This document shows positions 8,673 to 18,740 of a stretch of 36,914 nt of DNA, piece by piece. Source of the DNA: Minisyncoccia bacterium (lineage in GTDB: Bacteria; Patescibacteriota; Minisyncoccia; Phycocordibacterales; UBA9973); the NCBI GenBank assembly GCA_038247045.1, contig JBBRVK010000003.1:1-36914 (forward strand), in the 5' to 3' direction. A program made the translations under genes and the position numbers. Each line of letters opens with the position of its first letter. Position 1 is the first letter of the stretch. The notes beneath the pieces are model-generated. The model was not told the DNA's origin. It was given only the letters and a program-made list of their open reading frames with translations, and ran no database searches.

Positions 8673-9794
8673 TTATTTTAAGGCCTTAATTCCAGGCAAG
8701 GTCCCTTTGGCTAGAAAATCAAGAGTAGCCCCTCCTCCCGTTGAAATAAAACCAAGTTTATCTTCAAGTTTTAATTTAGAAATAAGAGCAACGGTATCTC
8801 CACCACCAACTACACTTCCTGCTTTACTTTTAGCAATAAGTTTTAAAATCTTTTCTGTTCCAGCAGAGAAACCACTTTCATATTTTCCAAGTGGACCATT
8901 CCAAAGGATAAAACTCGCTTTTTCAATTAAACCACCTAGTAATTCCACTGTATCCTTACCAATATCAACGATTGACTCTTCAGAAAGAACTTCGTTTGGT
9001 TTAGCAAAACGACTTTTATCTCCCTCAGCGGCGACAACATCTATAGGTAAAATTAAATTAGTGTTTTTTAAGAAAGATTTAATCTGAATATTATTTTCCC
9101 CAACAAGAGAGTGACCTACTTCAAAACCTCTTCCTTTAAAAAAATCATTAGCAAGAGCACCGCCAATAAAAACATGGTCAGCATCGCGAAGAAACTTTTT
9201 AACTAAAGGAATTTTTGTTTCAAATTTTGAACCACCTAATATAAATAAAAATGGGTGTTTTGGATTAAAAGCCTTTGAAAGATTATTTATTTCATCAACT
9301 AACTGTAGGCCAGCATACCCTGGTAAATATTTTGTAATTCCAATAACAGAAGCGTGAGGACGATGAGAAACAGAAAAAGCATCATTAACATAGATATTAC
9401 CATAACGAGAAAGAGCTCGAGCAAAAGATGGAGAATTTTTCTTTTCACCTATTTCACGACGAAGATTTTCGAGCAAAACAATATCTCCACTCTTTAAATT
9501 ATTAACGGTTGTTTCTGTAATATCTGAAAAAATTGGCGTTTCAATAAAATTAAGGTTTGGAATAAACTTTTTAAGCCTTATTGCTACTGGCTTTAAACTC
9601 ATAAGAGCATCATCTCCAATATGAGAAAGAATAATAACAACTGCGCCTTTTTTGTGTAAATATTCAATAGTTGGCAATGAAGCTTTTATCCGAAAATCAT
9701 CCATGATTTTATCATCTTTCATTGGAACATTAAAATCAACACGAACAATGACCCTTTTCCCTTTCAAGTTTTCTATATCTTTAATTGATTTCAT
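8673..9794 (-). CDS. pgk: phosphoglycerate kinase
   Basis: RVDFNVP, LLENLR, YVNDAFSVSHRPHAS, WNGPLG, GGGDT, ISTGGGA. Confidence 0.97.
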   Translation of the reverse strand: MKSIKDIENLKGKRVIVRVDFNVPMKDDKIMDDFRIKASLPTIEYLHKKGAVVIILSHIGDDALMSLKPVAIRLKKFIPNLNFIETPIFSDITETTVNNLKSGDIVLLENLRREIGEKKNSPSFARALSRYGNIYVNDAFSVSHRPHASVIGITKYLPGYAGLQLVDEINNLSKAFNPKHPFLFILGGSKFETKIPLVKKFLRDADHVFIGGALANDFFKGRGFEVGHSLVGENNIQIKSFLKNTNLILPIDVVAAEGDKSRFAKPNEVLSEESIVDIGKDTVELLGGLIEKASFILWNGPLGKYESGFSAGTEKILKLIAKSKAGSVVGGGDTVALISKLKLEDKLGFISTGGGATLDFLAKGTLPGIKALK

Positions 9795-9795
9795 A

Positions 9796-10560
9796 TTATT
9801 TAGATGCTAAATTAGTAATCTCACTAAATTTCTTTACATTCAAACTATCACGACCTACAAGTAGTCCGTCAGCCCCACCCTCTTTTATAAACGATGTGGC
9901 ATTAAGTGGATTTACGGAACCACCATATATAATTCTTAACTCATTAGCTGTTTTGATATCATAAAGATCAGATATTATCTTTTTAATAAAAATTCTTATC
10001 TCTGTAAATTCTAAATGTGTTGCTTCTCTTATTGATCCAGCTCCTATAGCCCAAACTGGTTCATAAGCAATAACAATATTTTTTATTTGTGGTTTTATAA
10101 TACCAGAAAGTCCTTCGATTAATTGTTGTTTAATAAATGACAAATAAAATCCATTTGTGTCTCGATCTTTTTCACCCACACAAAAAATAGGAGTAATTTT
10201 TGACTTTAAGACCATTGCAATCTTTTTATTAACAATATCATTAGTATCTCCAAGAGCTCGACATTCTGAATGCCCAACAATACTGTATTCAACCTTAAAA
10301 TCTTTAAGCATCCCCATTGAGACTTCTCCTGTATGAGACCCCTCCTTAAAAACAGAAACATCCTGAGATCCTAATTTAATCTTTTTAATTTTAAGTTTTT
10401 CGTGAATATAAAGATATGGAAATGGTGGACAAATAACAATTTCAATATTCTTAAAATTCTTTATCAAGGTAGAAATACTCTTAAAAATAATTTCCGCTTC
10501 TTTTTTAGATGGCGGATTCATTTTCCAATTAGCAACAATAAGCTTATTCATAGACTTCAT
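9796..10560 (-). CDS. tpiA: triosephosphate isomerase
   Basis: ANWKMN, VGHSE, AYEPVWAIG, YGGSV, DGLLVG. Confidence 0.97.
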   Translation of the reverse strand: MKSMNKLIVANWKMNPPSKKEAEIIFKSISTLIKNFKNIEIVICPPFPYLYIHEKLKIKKIKLGSQDVSVFKEGSHTGEVSMGMLKDFKVEYSIVGHSECRALGDTNDIVNKKIAMVLKSKITPIFCVGEKDRDTNGFYLSFIKQQLIEGLSGIIKPQIKNIVIAYEPVWAIGAGSIREATHLEFTEIRIFIKKIISDLYDIKTANELRIIYGGSVNPLNATSFIKEGGADGLLVGRDSLNVKKFSEITNLASK

Positions 10561-10604
10561 TTGCCTATTATAACATAAATCTCGTTAATTATCCTCTTAT
10601 TTCT

Positions 10605-10642
10605 AAAATAAGCATATACAATATAGTGTATATGCTTATTTT
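10605..10642 (-). terminator. inverted repeat ending the pilus operon
   Basis: aaaataagcatataca-atatag-tgtatatgcttatttt, perfect 16-bp arms just downstream of the stop at 10652. Confidence 0.75.
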
Positions 10643-10651
10643 TTAAGTTAA

Positions 10652-12115
10652 TTATAATTCATCCCAAGAAAGTGTAGTGTACTTATCAGAGGTTAGGGGA
10701 AAAGATGGAGGTGGACCATATAGTAAATTCGCATCATATATAATAGTACGTGTATCGTAACCAGTACCATTGGTATAAGCAAAACCATATCTATCATTAC
10801 TACCAATCATTCCATACAAGGTCAAAATTGTACGACTACTATAAGGACAGGAACTGCTGTAAAAATGTCTTCCAGCTCGGCCATTATTAGCCATTAATGC
10901 TGCGTCGATACGAAGATTGTCTTCACTTTCCATTCCTACAGTTATATCATTTTGTGAAATAAGGCCAATAATATCTCGTCCATCATAATTAGTATACAAA
11001 AGATCTTTGTTTACAAAAATATTTTTACGAGTACTTGGGTTATCAGGAAATTTCCCAGCAGCAATCGTGATTCGTGCTGTGTTTATTTTTCCATCAACCC
11101 AAACATTGTCTTCTGTAAAAATAAGTCCATTGGCTGGATTATTATAATTATTAATTAATGCTTCTGTCTTTATGCTCCATGTTCCCCATGTTGCATCACC
11201 AGAGCTTGAACTACTTGAACAACTATTGCTTGCCGCAGTGAGACTTGTCACTTTATATAAATCAAAAGTATCATTAACTTTTAAAACAATATGATATCCC
11301 ACAGAACCTGAAGGAGCTAAATAAACACCACTTGCTTGGGCGTTTGTTTTAATTGTTGAAAGATCATTTGTGATACCAGTAAAATCAGACTGAGGCACCG
11401 GAAACTGACGACCAGCAATAAAAACATCCGACCTTGTTGGAACAGGGTTTGTAGGTGGAGCCTCTTGAGAACGGAATGTATTATTAACAACACCACTTGT
11501 GTTTAAATGTGTGTGAACTCCAAATTCACTTCCTCCTGTATGGTCAGGATCATCATAGGTGGAAACTGCACTTGTAACAGCATTATGAGCTAGACCGTCG
11601 AAGCGAATTCCCTTGTTTGAGTGAATTGGTCCGAAAACTTCTGTTCCCTCTCCAAAACGCATAAAATCATTTGCAACTATCGCAAATTTAGCAAAAGAAG
11701 GAATCGCTAATTTTGTTTGAATAGTTCTTTTGACTGAAGGAAAATCAACAACATGTCCTTCTGATTTAATTGTAGCAATTGTTGAACCAACAATGGAAGG
11801 AGTTATAGTCAAAACAAAACTACCAATAATATTTCCATCTTTATCGTAATAATTATGGGTATACGGACCACTCCCATTTGTTCCATCCTTAAAATCTCCC
11901 GGAGCGTGAGCTAAATGCCATCGATAATAATCGATACCAGATTCGGCAATTTGAAAAGCTTGTTCTTTCGCTAAGACTAATCTTGTTAATTTAATACTAT
12001 ATGAAACCCAACCCGCATAAAGTGTGACAAAAGATACAGCCACCATAGAAAAAATTAGTACATTTAATAAAAGAATTCCTCGATTATATTTAATTTTTTT
12101 ATTTAAATTAGTCAT
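10652..12115 (-). CDS. PilX-like minor pilin / pilus assembly protein
   Basis: Class III signal RG|ILLLNVL lacking Glu5 as in PilX/GspK; QAFQIAESGIDY PilX N-terminal motif; beta-rich C-terminal part. Confidence 0.8.
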   Translation of the reverse strand: MTNLNKKIKYNRGILLLNVLIFSMVAVSFVTLYAGWVSYSIKLTRLVLAKEQAFQIAESGIDYYRWHLAHAPGDFKDGTNGSGPYTHNYYDKDGNIIGSFVLTITPSIVGSTIATIKSEGHVVDFPSVKRTIQTKLAIPSFAKFAIVANDFMRFGEGTEVFGPIHSNKGIRFDGLAHNAVTSAVSTYDDPDHTGGSEFGVHTHLNTSGVVNNTFRSQEAPPTNPVPTRSDVFIAGRQFPVPQSDFTGITNDLSTIKTNAQASGVYLAPSGSVGYHIVLKVNDTFDLYKVTSLTAASNSCSSSSSSGDATWGTWSIKTEALINNYNNPANGLIFTEDNVWVDGKINTARITIAAGKFPDNPSTRKNIFVNKDLLYTNYDGRDIIGLISQNDITVGMESEDNLRIDAALMANNGRAGRHFYSSSCPYSSRTILTLYGMIGSNDRYGFAYTNGTGYDTRTIIYDANLLYGPPPSFPLTSDKYTTLSWDEL

Positions 12116-12729
12116 TATAAATTATCTTTTATATTACGTAAACTAATTTGGGTAGTCACAGTAACTGGAGTAGGAGAACGGTTTGGATCAGTATCAATAA
12201 TTAAAGTTATTTTTATAAGGCGAACATCTAAAATATTAATAGGCTGTGTTAGAGCAGCAGTATTTCCATTATAACTAGCATTATAATAATTAAAAATAGG
12301 AGTTCCATTATTTCTTAAATTATGAACAACATCACTCAAGATTTCACTACTTGAGGAATAGACGAGTGGTGCTCCAGATGGAACAATTACCCCTTTTCTC
12401 AAAGTACTGCCAGAGAGAAAATATCGAACTCTCTCTCTTAACCCATCATTGTTAATATCAGCAAAAAATATAAAATTATTATCTTCTGTCGCTTCTAAGG
12501 CGTAAGAACCAAGAGATGATTGTGAGGTTGATCTAATCTCAGAAGCGATTGGCTGAAGAATTTTTTTTGATTCATCGTAAGCACTTAATCCGCCAGAAAA
12601 AATACTTCCATAATAAAAAATATTTCTAGCAAATAAACTTACGAGACCTAGAACTAGAGAAAAAATAGCTAGACTTATAACCATTTCTAGTAAAGTAAAA
12701 CCCTTCTGATTTTTTTTATAATTATACAT
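12115..12729 (-). CDS. type IV minor pilin (PilW/GspJ-like), prepilin N-terminal cleavage/methylation motif
   Basis: QKG|FTLLEMVISLAIFS; C-terminal TQISLRN. Confidence 0.88.
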   Translation of the reverse strand: MYNYKKNQKGFTLLEMVISLAIFSLVLGLVSLFARNIFYYGSIFSGGLSAYDESKKILQPIASEIRSTSQSSLGSYALEATEDNNFIFFADINNDGLRERVRYFLSGSTLRKGVIVPSGAPLVYSSSSEILSDVVHNLRNNGTPIFNYYNASYNGNTAALTQPINILDVRLIKITLIIDTDPNRSPTPVTVTTQISLRNIKDNL

Positions 12730-12730
12730 A

Positions 12731-14536
12731 TTATGGTGAAATAGTCAGCTCTTGTTTAGTCCAAGCACCTGAAATTGTGATCGGCTTTGAAGTATCTTGA
12801 TATCCACTTTTACTAACAGAAACTGTATAAGAACCAAGAGTAAGAGTAGAAAATGAAACCTGCCCCGGAGGAATACACGACGAAGTATAAGTGAAAGAAA
12901 TATCAGAAATTGTTGGGGTATAAGAGGTATCTATTGTTGATAAAAATAATCGATAACGAAGATACCTGTCGCCATTATGTGATGCATTTATATTTTGATT
13001 AGTAGAAGTAAAGTAGGAAGAAGAAGTTCCATCGGGCCCAACAAAATTCCAAGTAGCACTATCGTTATTTGTTGCTATTTGAAACTTAACACTCGAGGTC
13101 CCCGTTTGAGCTGGCTCCGTAGCTGGACTCCAAACAATTTGTCTAAAATTACTAGAGGCACCTGTATCAAAAGTTGAAGAAGTCAGATAACCATTTGAAA
13201 CGTAACTAGAAGAAACTTTTTTCAGATTTAAATTACCAACAGAAGTACTTGTGTCTATATTCCCATCTGAAATTAAATATTTATTATCAACTCCAAATGA
13301 TTCTTGTCCACTACCCCCAGACCAGTCTGTTTGTGTTAAAAATCCTTGGTTTGTTGTTAAAGTTTTTGAATAACTACTTGGACCAGTTAGAGTAACAACA
13401 GCATCTGTGATAGGTAAACCTGTTGACTGATCTCGAATAACAACAAGAAGCCGATTACCGTTTTTAGGAGCCGTAACAATCTGCATATTTTGTGTTGTGT
13501 TTGGATCGATACCAAGAGAAAGCAATGGATTAGTTCCAATAATATCAAAAGTTCCATCTATTCCTAAAAGAGTGTAAGTGTCCCATTCAACACCAGAGAG
13601 AGTTAATTGACCACTACCATTAGTGACAAGCGATGAAGAATATTTATAAGTATCTGGAATTGTTCCAATTAACTTATTACCTTTCATATTAAAGTCAAAG
13701 CCAGGAGTAGCAACACATTGATTATTTACAGTAGAAAAATTAATAGTACTCGTACGATCAATAGTAAAAGATATTTGTGTTACTTGTTGCAAAACAACCG
13801 TAATGTTCGGCTTTGTTGGATTAGGATTACCACTACCGCCTACAGGATAAGTACGGTCAGAGGAATATCCACTTTTTGTAATAGTAATCTGGTATCCATT
13901 TGAAGAAGGTGGAGCATCAACAATCGTCAAGGTTCCATTTATATCAGTTTCCTCGTCTAAATTAATATTAGGGATAATATTATTATTTAAAATATTAACA
14001 TTTGCACCTGGCACTGGTAGACCAGAAGCATCAAAAACTCTTATCACCAGGGCTCCATTTGTTGAAGCTGTTTCAAGGTTTTTTGGAGCAATTTTTGTGG
14101 TGAAAGAAACTGGAGCCATACTACTACCACAAGTCGTACAAGTAATAGTTAATTCCACCATCTTCATATCAGCAGGAGATAAATCATGGGGAATTCCATT
14201 AAAAGTTCCATCAAATGGGTCGTCAATACTTCGAACAACTGTTTCAACTGTGAAAGTTTTATTATCTCGAGTAACTGTTTTAGATTGAGACAAAACACCA
14301 ACGGGTATACCATTTATAGTACCAACATCTTGATATGACAAATTACGTGCAACTTCAAACTGTTCATTAGCAATATTTGTCATTATTCCCTTTGCTCGAA
14401 TTAGGGCCATAACTTTTATAATTCCAGCAAAACCACTATAAATTGCAATTGAAACTGAAATAAAAATAACAATTGAGACCAAAGTTTCAATCAAAGTGAA
14501 TCCTCTAATTTTATTTTTATGCAGAAAAATATTCAT
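12731..14536 (-). CDS. large minor pilin with prepilin motif and carboxypeptidase-regulatory-like beta-sandwich repeats
   Basis: RG|FTLIETLVSIVIF; repeats VRVFDASGLPVPGANV...YQITITKSGY and RDQSTGLPITDAVVTL...YTVSVSKSGY. Confidence 0.85.
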   Translation of the reverse strand: MNIFLHKNKIRGFTLIETLVSIVIFISVSIAIYSGFAGIIKVMALIRAKGIMTNIANEQFEVARNLSYQDVGTINGIPVGVLSQSKTVTRDNKTFTVETVVRSIDDPFDGTFNGIPHDLSPADMKMVELTITCTTCGSSMAPVSFTTKIAPKNLETASTNGALVIRVFDASGLPVPGANVNILNNNIIPNINLDEETDINGTLTIVDAPPSSNGYQITITKSGYSSDRTYPVGGSGNPNPTKPNITVVLQQVTQISFTIDRTSTINFSTVNNQCVATPGFDFNMKGNKLIGTIPDTYKYSSSLVTNGSGQLTLSGVEWDTYTLLGIDGTFDIIGTNPLLSLGIDPNTTQNMQIVTAPKNGNRLLVVIRDQSTGLPITDAVVTLTGPSSYSKTLTTNQGFLTQTDWSGGSGQESFGVDNKYLISDGNIDTSTSVGNLNLKKVSSSYVSNGYLTSSTFDTGASSNFRQIVWSPATEPAQTGTSSVKFQIATNNDSATWNFVGPDGTSSSYFTSTNQNINASHNGDRYLRYRLFLSTIDTSYTPTISDISFTYTSSCIPPGQVSFSTLTLGSYTVSVSKSGYQDTSKPITISGAWTKQELTISP

Positions 14537-14542
14537 ATGTTT

Positions 14543-15757
14543 CTAATTAATATTATCCATAACGGAATACATCGGACTTATCATTGAAATGGCAAAAAAT
14601 CCAACAGCAACACCGATAAAAATCATCAGAACTGGTTCAATAATAACTGAAAGATTTTTTGTCTTTTCATCAACTTCTGCCTCATAAAAAGAAGCAACAT
14701 CCATTAGCATACTCGAAAGCTTCCCCGTTTCCTCGCCAACTTCAATCATCTCTCCAACCATTACTGGATAAAGTTGTGTATTTTCTTTAAAAGAAACTGA
14801 TAAAGGCACACCTTTTTCAATCGAATCAATAGACCTGTGAATTAATTCTTTATAGTGAATATTTTGAAGAACTTCTTCTGTAATAGCAAGAGATTTTGAA
14901 ACATCAACACCCGAGGAAAGAAGAGATGAAAGTGTGCGAGCTGTTCGAGCAGTATTCATCTCTTTAACTAAATCTCCTAGAAATGGAATCTTTAATATTA
15001 ATAAGTCAAAATATCTTTGAGTAATTTTTAATTTAGCAAACATTACCCCTGCTCCAATGATTGAGATAACCATCAAAAAAAATAAAATAAAATGTTGAGA
15101 CAACGAATCAGATATAAAAATAATAAATTTAGTTGAAGCAGGTAATTCTGTACCTAAATCTTTAAATGTTTTAGTTAAGGTTGGAACAACATAAATCATC
15201 ATTAAAACTCCGATGATAAAAATTGCCCCAATAATAACACTTGGATATATTAAAGCTCCTTTAATTTTTTTGTTTAAATCATAAGTTTTTTTAAGAGTCA
15301 TTCCTGTTTCAGAGAGAGTTCTAGGTAAACCACCAGACTCCTCCCCAGAGTGAACCATTGAAACAAAGACCCCAGAAAAAACTTTCGGAAATTTTTTCAT
15401 ACCAGAAGAGAGAGTACCACCTTTGTTTATATCATCAATTAGACTTCTAATGATACTATTTAGTGTTTTATTTGTTGATTGTTTTTCAAGAACTGTTAGG
15501 GCTCGAGTTAAGGGTAAACCAGCAGAAAGCATTCCACTTAGATTATTTGTAAACATTATTTTTTCAGACAAAGAAACTCCTCCAAAAAAATCAAAAGATA
15601 GAAATGGCTTAGATTCTTTTTCAGAAAATTCTTTTATTGATAAAGGAGTACTCCCTCTTTCTCTTATTTCTCGAGCCAAAGTAAAAGTATCAGCAGATTC
15701 TACTATTCCTTCAACAATTTCATTATTTTTATTTTGTTCTTTATATTTAAATTTCAT
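14543..15757 (-). CDS. pilC: type IV pilus inner-membrane platform protein (PilC/GspF family)
   Basis: NLSGMLSAGLPL, GEESGGL, KIKGALIYP, GEETGKL, IIEPVLMI. Confidence 0.93.
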   Translation of the reverse strand: MKFKYKEQNKNNEIVEGIVESADTFTLAREIRERGSTPLSIKEFSEKESKPFLSFDFFGGVSLSEKIMFTNNLSGMLSAGLPLTRALTVLEKQSTNKTLNSIIRSLIDDINKGGTLSSGMKKFPKVFSGVFVSMVHSGEESGGLPRTLSETGMTLKKTYDLNKKIKGALIYPSVIIGAIFIIGVLMMIYVVPTLTKTFKDLGTELPASTKFIIFISDSLSQHFILFFLMVISIIGAGVMFAKLKITQRYFDLLILKIPFLGDLVKEMNTARTARTLSSLLSSGVDVSKSLAITEEVLQNIHYKELIHRSIDSIEKGVPLSVSFKENTQLYPVMVGEMIEVGEETGKLSSMLMDVASFYEAEVDEKTKNLSVIIEPVLMIFIGVAVGFFAISMISPMYSVMDNIN

Positions 15758-15762
15758 CAGAT

Positions 15763-17526
15763 TTATTCAGAGACAACACGCAAAACTTCTTCTGTAGAGG
15801 TTATACCTGAAGCTACTAAAAATATTCCATCTTCTAACATTGTCATCATCCCTTCTTTTTTTGCCATTTTTTCTATTTCATCAGCAGAGGAACTTTTTAA
15901 AATTAATTCTTTAATAGTAGAGCTGACTTCTAACACTTCATGAATCCCCACTCTCCCTTTATAGCCATCAGGTGAATCCTTGTTAGGTTTTGGTTTATAG
16001 AAAGGAATATCTTTCCACTCTGCATCTTCTTTTACTATATTTTCTTTTTTTAAAGCATCTAATACAACCTCTAGATTTACTACTTTTTTAAGGGCTTCAA
16101 TCTCAACATTACTTAGTAGATATTTTTCTTTTTCTTCTGAGAGTTTTCTAACTAAACGTTGAGCAATAACAGTTTTTACTGTTGAAACAATTAGAAATGA
16201 TTCAACCCCCATATCAATCATACGAGGAATTGCCCCAGCGGCAGAATTAGTATGGATAGTGGAGAGGACTAAGTGACCAGTCAAAGAAGCATTAACAGCA
16301 AGTCCTGCCGTTTCTCCATCTCTAATCTCTCCTACCATTATAATGTCAGGATCTTGACGAAGTAAAGTTCTAAGTCCATTAGCAAAAGTTAAACCAATCT
16401 CTGATTTTGTCTGAGTCTGATTAATTCTAGCCATCTGATACTCAATTGGATCTTCCACTGTTGATATATTCACATCTGGTGTATTTAAAATATCCAACAT
16501 TGTATAAAGGGTTGTCGTTTTACCAGAACCTGTTGGCCCTGCGGTTAAAAGCATTCCATTACGCTTCTTCATACCTCGGTGAATTCTCTCTAGTGCTTCA
16601 CCATGAAATCCAAGTCCTTCCAAGGAAAATCCCTTTGCGTTTTCTCTTAAGATTCTTATAACTGTTTTTTCTCCAAAATAAGTTGGTAGAGTTGAAACAC
16701 GAAAAGAAACACCTCCTTGTTCATTAACAATTTTAAATCTACCATCTTGAGGAAGTCTCTTTTCGTCTAATTTCAAATTAGAAAGAACCTTAATGCGAGC
16801 AACAATTCCAGCTGCAGTATCTTTAGGTAGCACCATTGCATCGTGCAAAATACCATCAATACGATATCTAACAACAAGAGACTCTTCACAGGGTTCAATA
16901 TGAACATCAGAAGCACCTTGGAAAATAGCGTGCGAGATAAGAGTATCAACGATTTTAACTATTGGCAGGTCTTCTGCTAACTCTTTTTCTGTTTTATTTC
17001 CTTGATTAATCTTTTCTCCAAAAATAGAATTATCAATTACAGGAGATAAAGTGTTGCTCTCTTTTTTAATAATATCTTCAAAATCCGCTTGTAGACTTTT
17101 TTTATAAAGAGAAAGAGCTTCTTTTATTGAATCAGAGCTTGTCATACGAGGAAGAATTCGTAAGCCAACCTTCTTTTTAATAAAATCAATTACAGGCAAA
17201 TTATCAACATCTAACATCGCAACCTCAAGACCACTCGCTGATTTTTTATAAGCAATAATATTACTATTACGCGCAATTGGTTCAGGAATCAAATTTAAAA
17301 CTTCTGGAGGGATATGTTCCCCCTTCAAACTAACAAAAGGAATGCCAAGCGAAACAGCTTGCATACTATTCCAATCTTTTTCAGTTAATTTTCCATCGCT
17401 CAATAATATTGCTCCTAGTGATTGACCAGTTTCTCTAGCTTTTTTTTGGGACATTGCAATGTCATTTTTACTTACCAAGCCAGAGGTGTTTAGAAGATTT
17501 ATAATTGTCCCTTCGTCTATATGCAT
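15763..17526 (-). CDS. pilB: type IV pilus assembly ATPase (PilB/GspE family)
   Basis: ASDVHIEP, RYRIDG, RLPQDGR, GPTGSGKTTT, TVEDPIEY, LRQDPDIIMVGEIRD, TGHLVLSTIH, GYKGRVGIHE; likely start ATG 17526. Confidence 0.94.
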   Translation of the reverse strand: MHIDEGTIINLLNTSGLVSKNDIAMSQKKARETGQSLGAILLSDGKLTEKDWNSMQAVSLGIPFVSLKGEHIPPEVLNLIPEPIARNSNIIAYKKSASGLEVAMLDVDNLPVIDFIKKKVGLRILPRMTSSDSIKEALSLYKKSLQADFEDIIKKESNTLSPVIDNSIFGEKINQGNKTEKELAEDLPIVKIVDTLISHAIFQGASDVHIEPCEESLVVRYRIDGILHDAMVLPKDTAAGIVARIKVLSNLKLDEKRLPQDGRFKIVNEQGGVSFRVSTLPTYFGEKTVIRILRENAKGFSLEGLGFHGEALERIHRGMKKRNGMLLTAGPTGSGKTTTLYTMLDILNTPDVNISTVEDPIEYQMARINQTQTKSEIGLTFANGLRTLLRQDPDIIMVGEIRDGETAGLAVNASLTGHLVLSTIHTNSAAGAIPRMIDMGVESFLIVSTVKTVIAQRLVRKLSEEKEKYLLSNVEIEALKKVVNLEVVLDALKKENIVKEDAEWKDIPFYKPKPNKDSPDGYKGRVGIHEVLEVSSTIKELILKSSSADEIEKMAKKEGMMTMLEDGIFLVASGITSTEEVLRVVSE

Positions 17527-17596
17527 ATGTTTATTATAACAACAAACGAGGAGCACAAGCAAATGAATATTGATTAATTCGCTTAGTGTCCGAGAA

Positions 17597-17628
17597 CTGT
17601 TGTTCTATGGTAATCCATAGAAAAACAG
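17597..17628. terminator. hairpin downstream of cutA
   Basis: ctgttgttctatgg-taat-ccatagaaaaacag. Confidence 0.55.
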
Positions 17629-17666
17629 AAAATAATCACAAGTAAATCAACAAACTAAATAATATT

Positions 17667-18092
17667 TTATTTAAGTCTTCCAAATTGATAATCTGAACTT
17701 TCTATATCTTTCTTAATCTTATCTTCAGCTTCTGTAATATATTTTTCTTTTTCCTCTAACGTATTATTCACCCAAAGTGAATAAGATAAACTCGTAGCTG
17801 AAGTATTAGTCCTTATAATCATTGGTATATTGTAAGAATGTTGAGATTCAATAAATTTAATAAGCCGATTGCTAACTAATTTTTGTGTTGCAAACATTAG
17901 TAGATACTGACTAGCATCATGAATAACCCCTTGCCATGGATAAACAGAATTCATCAACCAATAATCAGCAGAAACAGCGAGTTTCTCTTCTATCGCCAGC
18001 CGACCTATTGATTTTGCTTCTTCTTGTGAAGAACAAGCTGTATAAACAAAAACAATTCCCTTATCTTTTTTGTCTATTTTATCAAATATCAT
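17667..18092 (-). CDS. cutA: CutA divalent-cation tolerance family protein
   Basis: VYTACSSQEEAKSIGRLAIEEKLA, SVYPWQG, HSYNIPMI, YSLWV. Confidence 0.85.
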   Translation of the reverse strand: MIFDKIDKKDKGIVFVYTACSSQEEAKSIGRLAIEEKLAVSADYWLMNSVYPWQGVIHDASQYLLMFATQKLVSNRLIKFIESQHSYNIPMIIRTNTSATSLSYSLWVNNTLEEKEKYITEAEDKIKKDIESSDYQFGRLK

Positions 18093-18178
18093 AGTTTTAA
18101 ATGTATTAAAATAATAATTACTCGACCAAGTAAAATAATAATGCTTAATAAATATTTTATATTAAAGGATATTCCAGA

Positions 18179-18739
18179 TTATTTTATTTTAGAAAGATAC
18201 TTATAATTTACTAAAATAATAATTATAAAAAGTGAGAGAGTAAGAGCCATTATCGGCATAGTAATATAACCAAATTCATATATATAACGCACAGCACAAG
18301 AAGCTTGGTTAGCATTTGAAACACTAGTCCCTGTGGCACAAGCTAAGCCTTTTGTTCCTCCATTTTCTACATAAATGTTATAGATAGATACTAGTGAACC
18401 TATAATCGCAAAAACTATAGAAAAATCAACGATTGATTTATCTTTCTTATACAATTCCATTGAGAAAAGAATTAATTGTGGGTATAAAAATATTCTTTGA
18501 ATCCAACAAAGCTCACAAGGAGGAAATCCTACAATTTGTGAATAAAACAATGATAAAACAAAAGCCCCTAGAGCAGCTAAAAAACCTAGAACAAATGTAT
18601 ATTTTTTAACAATTAATAAAAATGGGTTTTGTTTTTTCTGAGCTAGTAGTAAATTAATCATTAGTAATAAAATAAAAATCTGAAGAACAATTGTTCCAAG
18701 AGATAAAATTTTATTAACAATTTCTATATATGCTGGCAT
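18179..18739 (-). CDS. disulfide bond formation protein B (DsbB/BdbC family)
   Basis: SLFYSQIVGFPPCELCWIQRIFLYP, second Cys pair, FGYITMPIMAL; likely start ATG 18739. Confidence 0.9.
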   Translation of the reverse strand: MPAYIEIVNKILSLGTIVLQIFILLLMINLLLAQKKQNPFLLIVKKYTFVLGFLAALGAFVLSLFYSQIVGFPPCELCWIQRIFLYPQLILFSMELYKKDKSIVDFSIVFAIIGSLVSIYNIYVENGGTKGLACATGTSVSNANQASCAVRYIYEFGYITMPIMALTLSLFIIIILVNYKYLSKIK

Positions 18740-18740
18740 A

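Noticed and set aside
10615-10630. NrdR-like half site atatagtgt
   Set aside because: It is the loop and arm of a terminator hairpin; the other half does not match.
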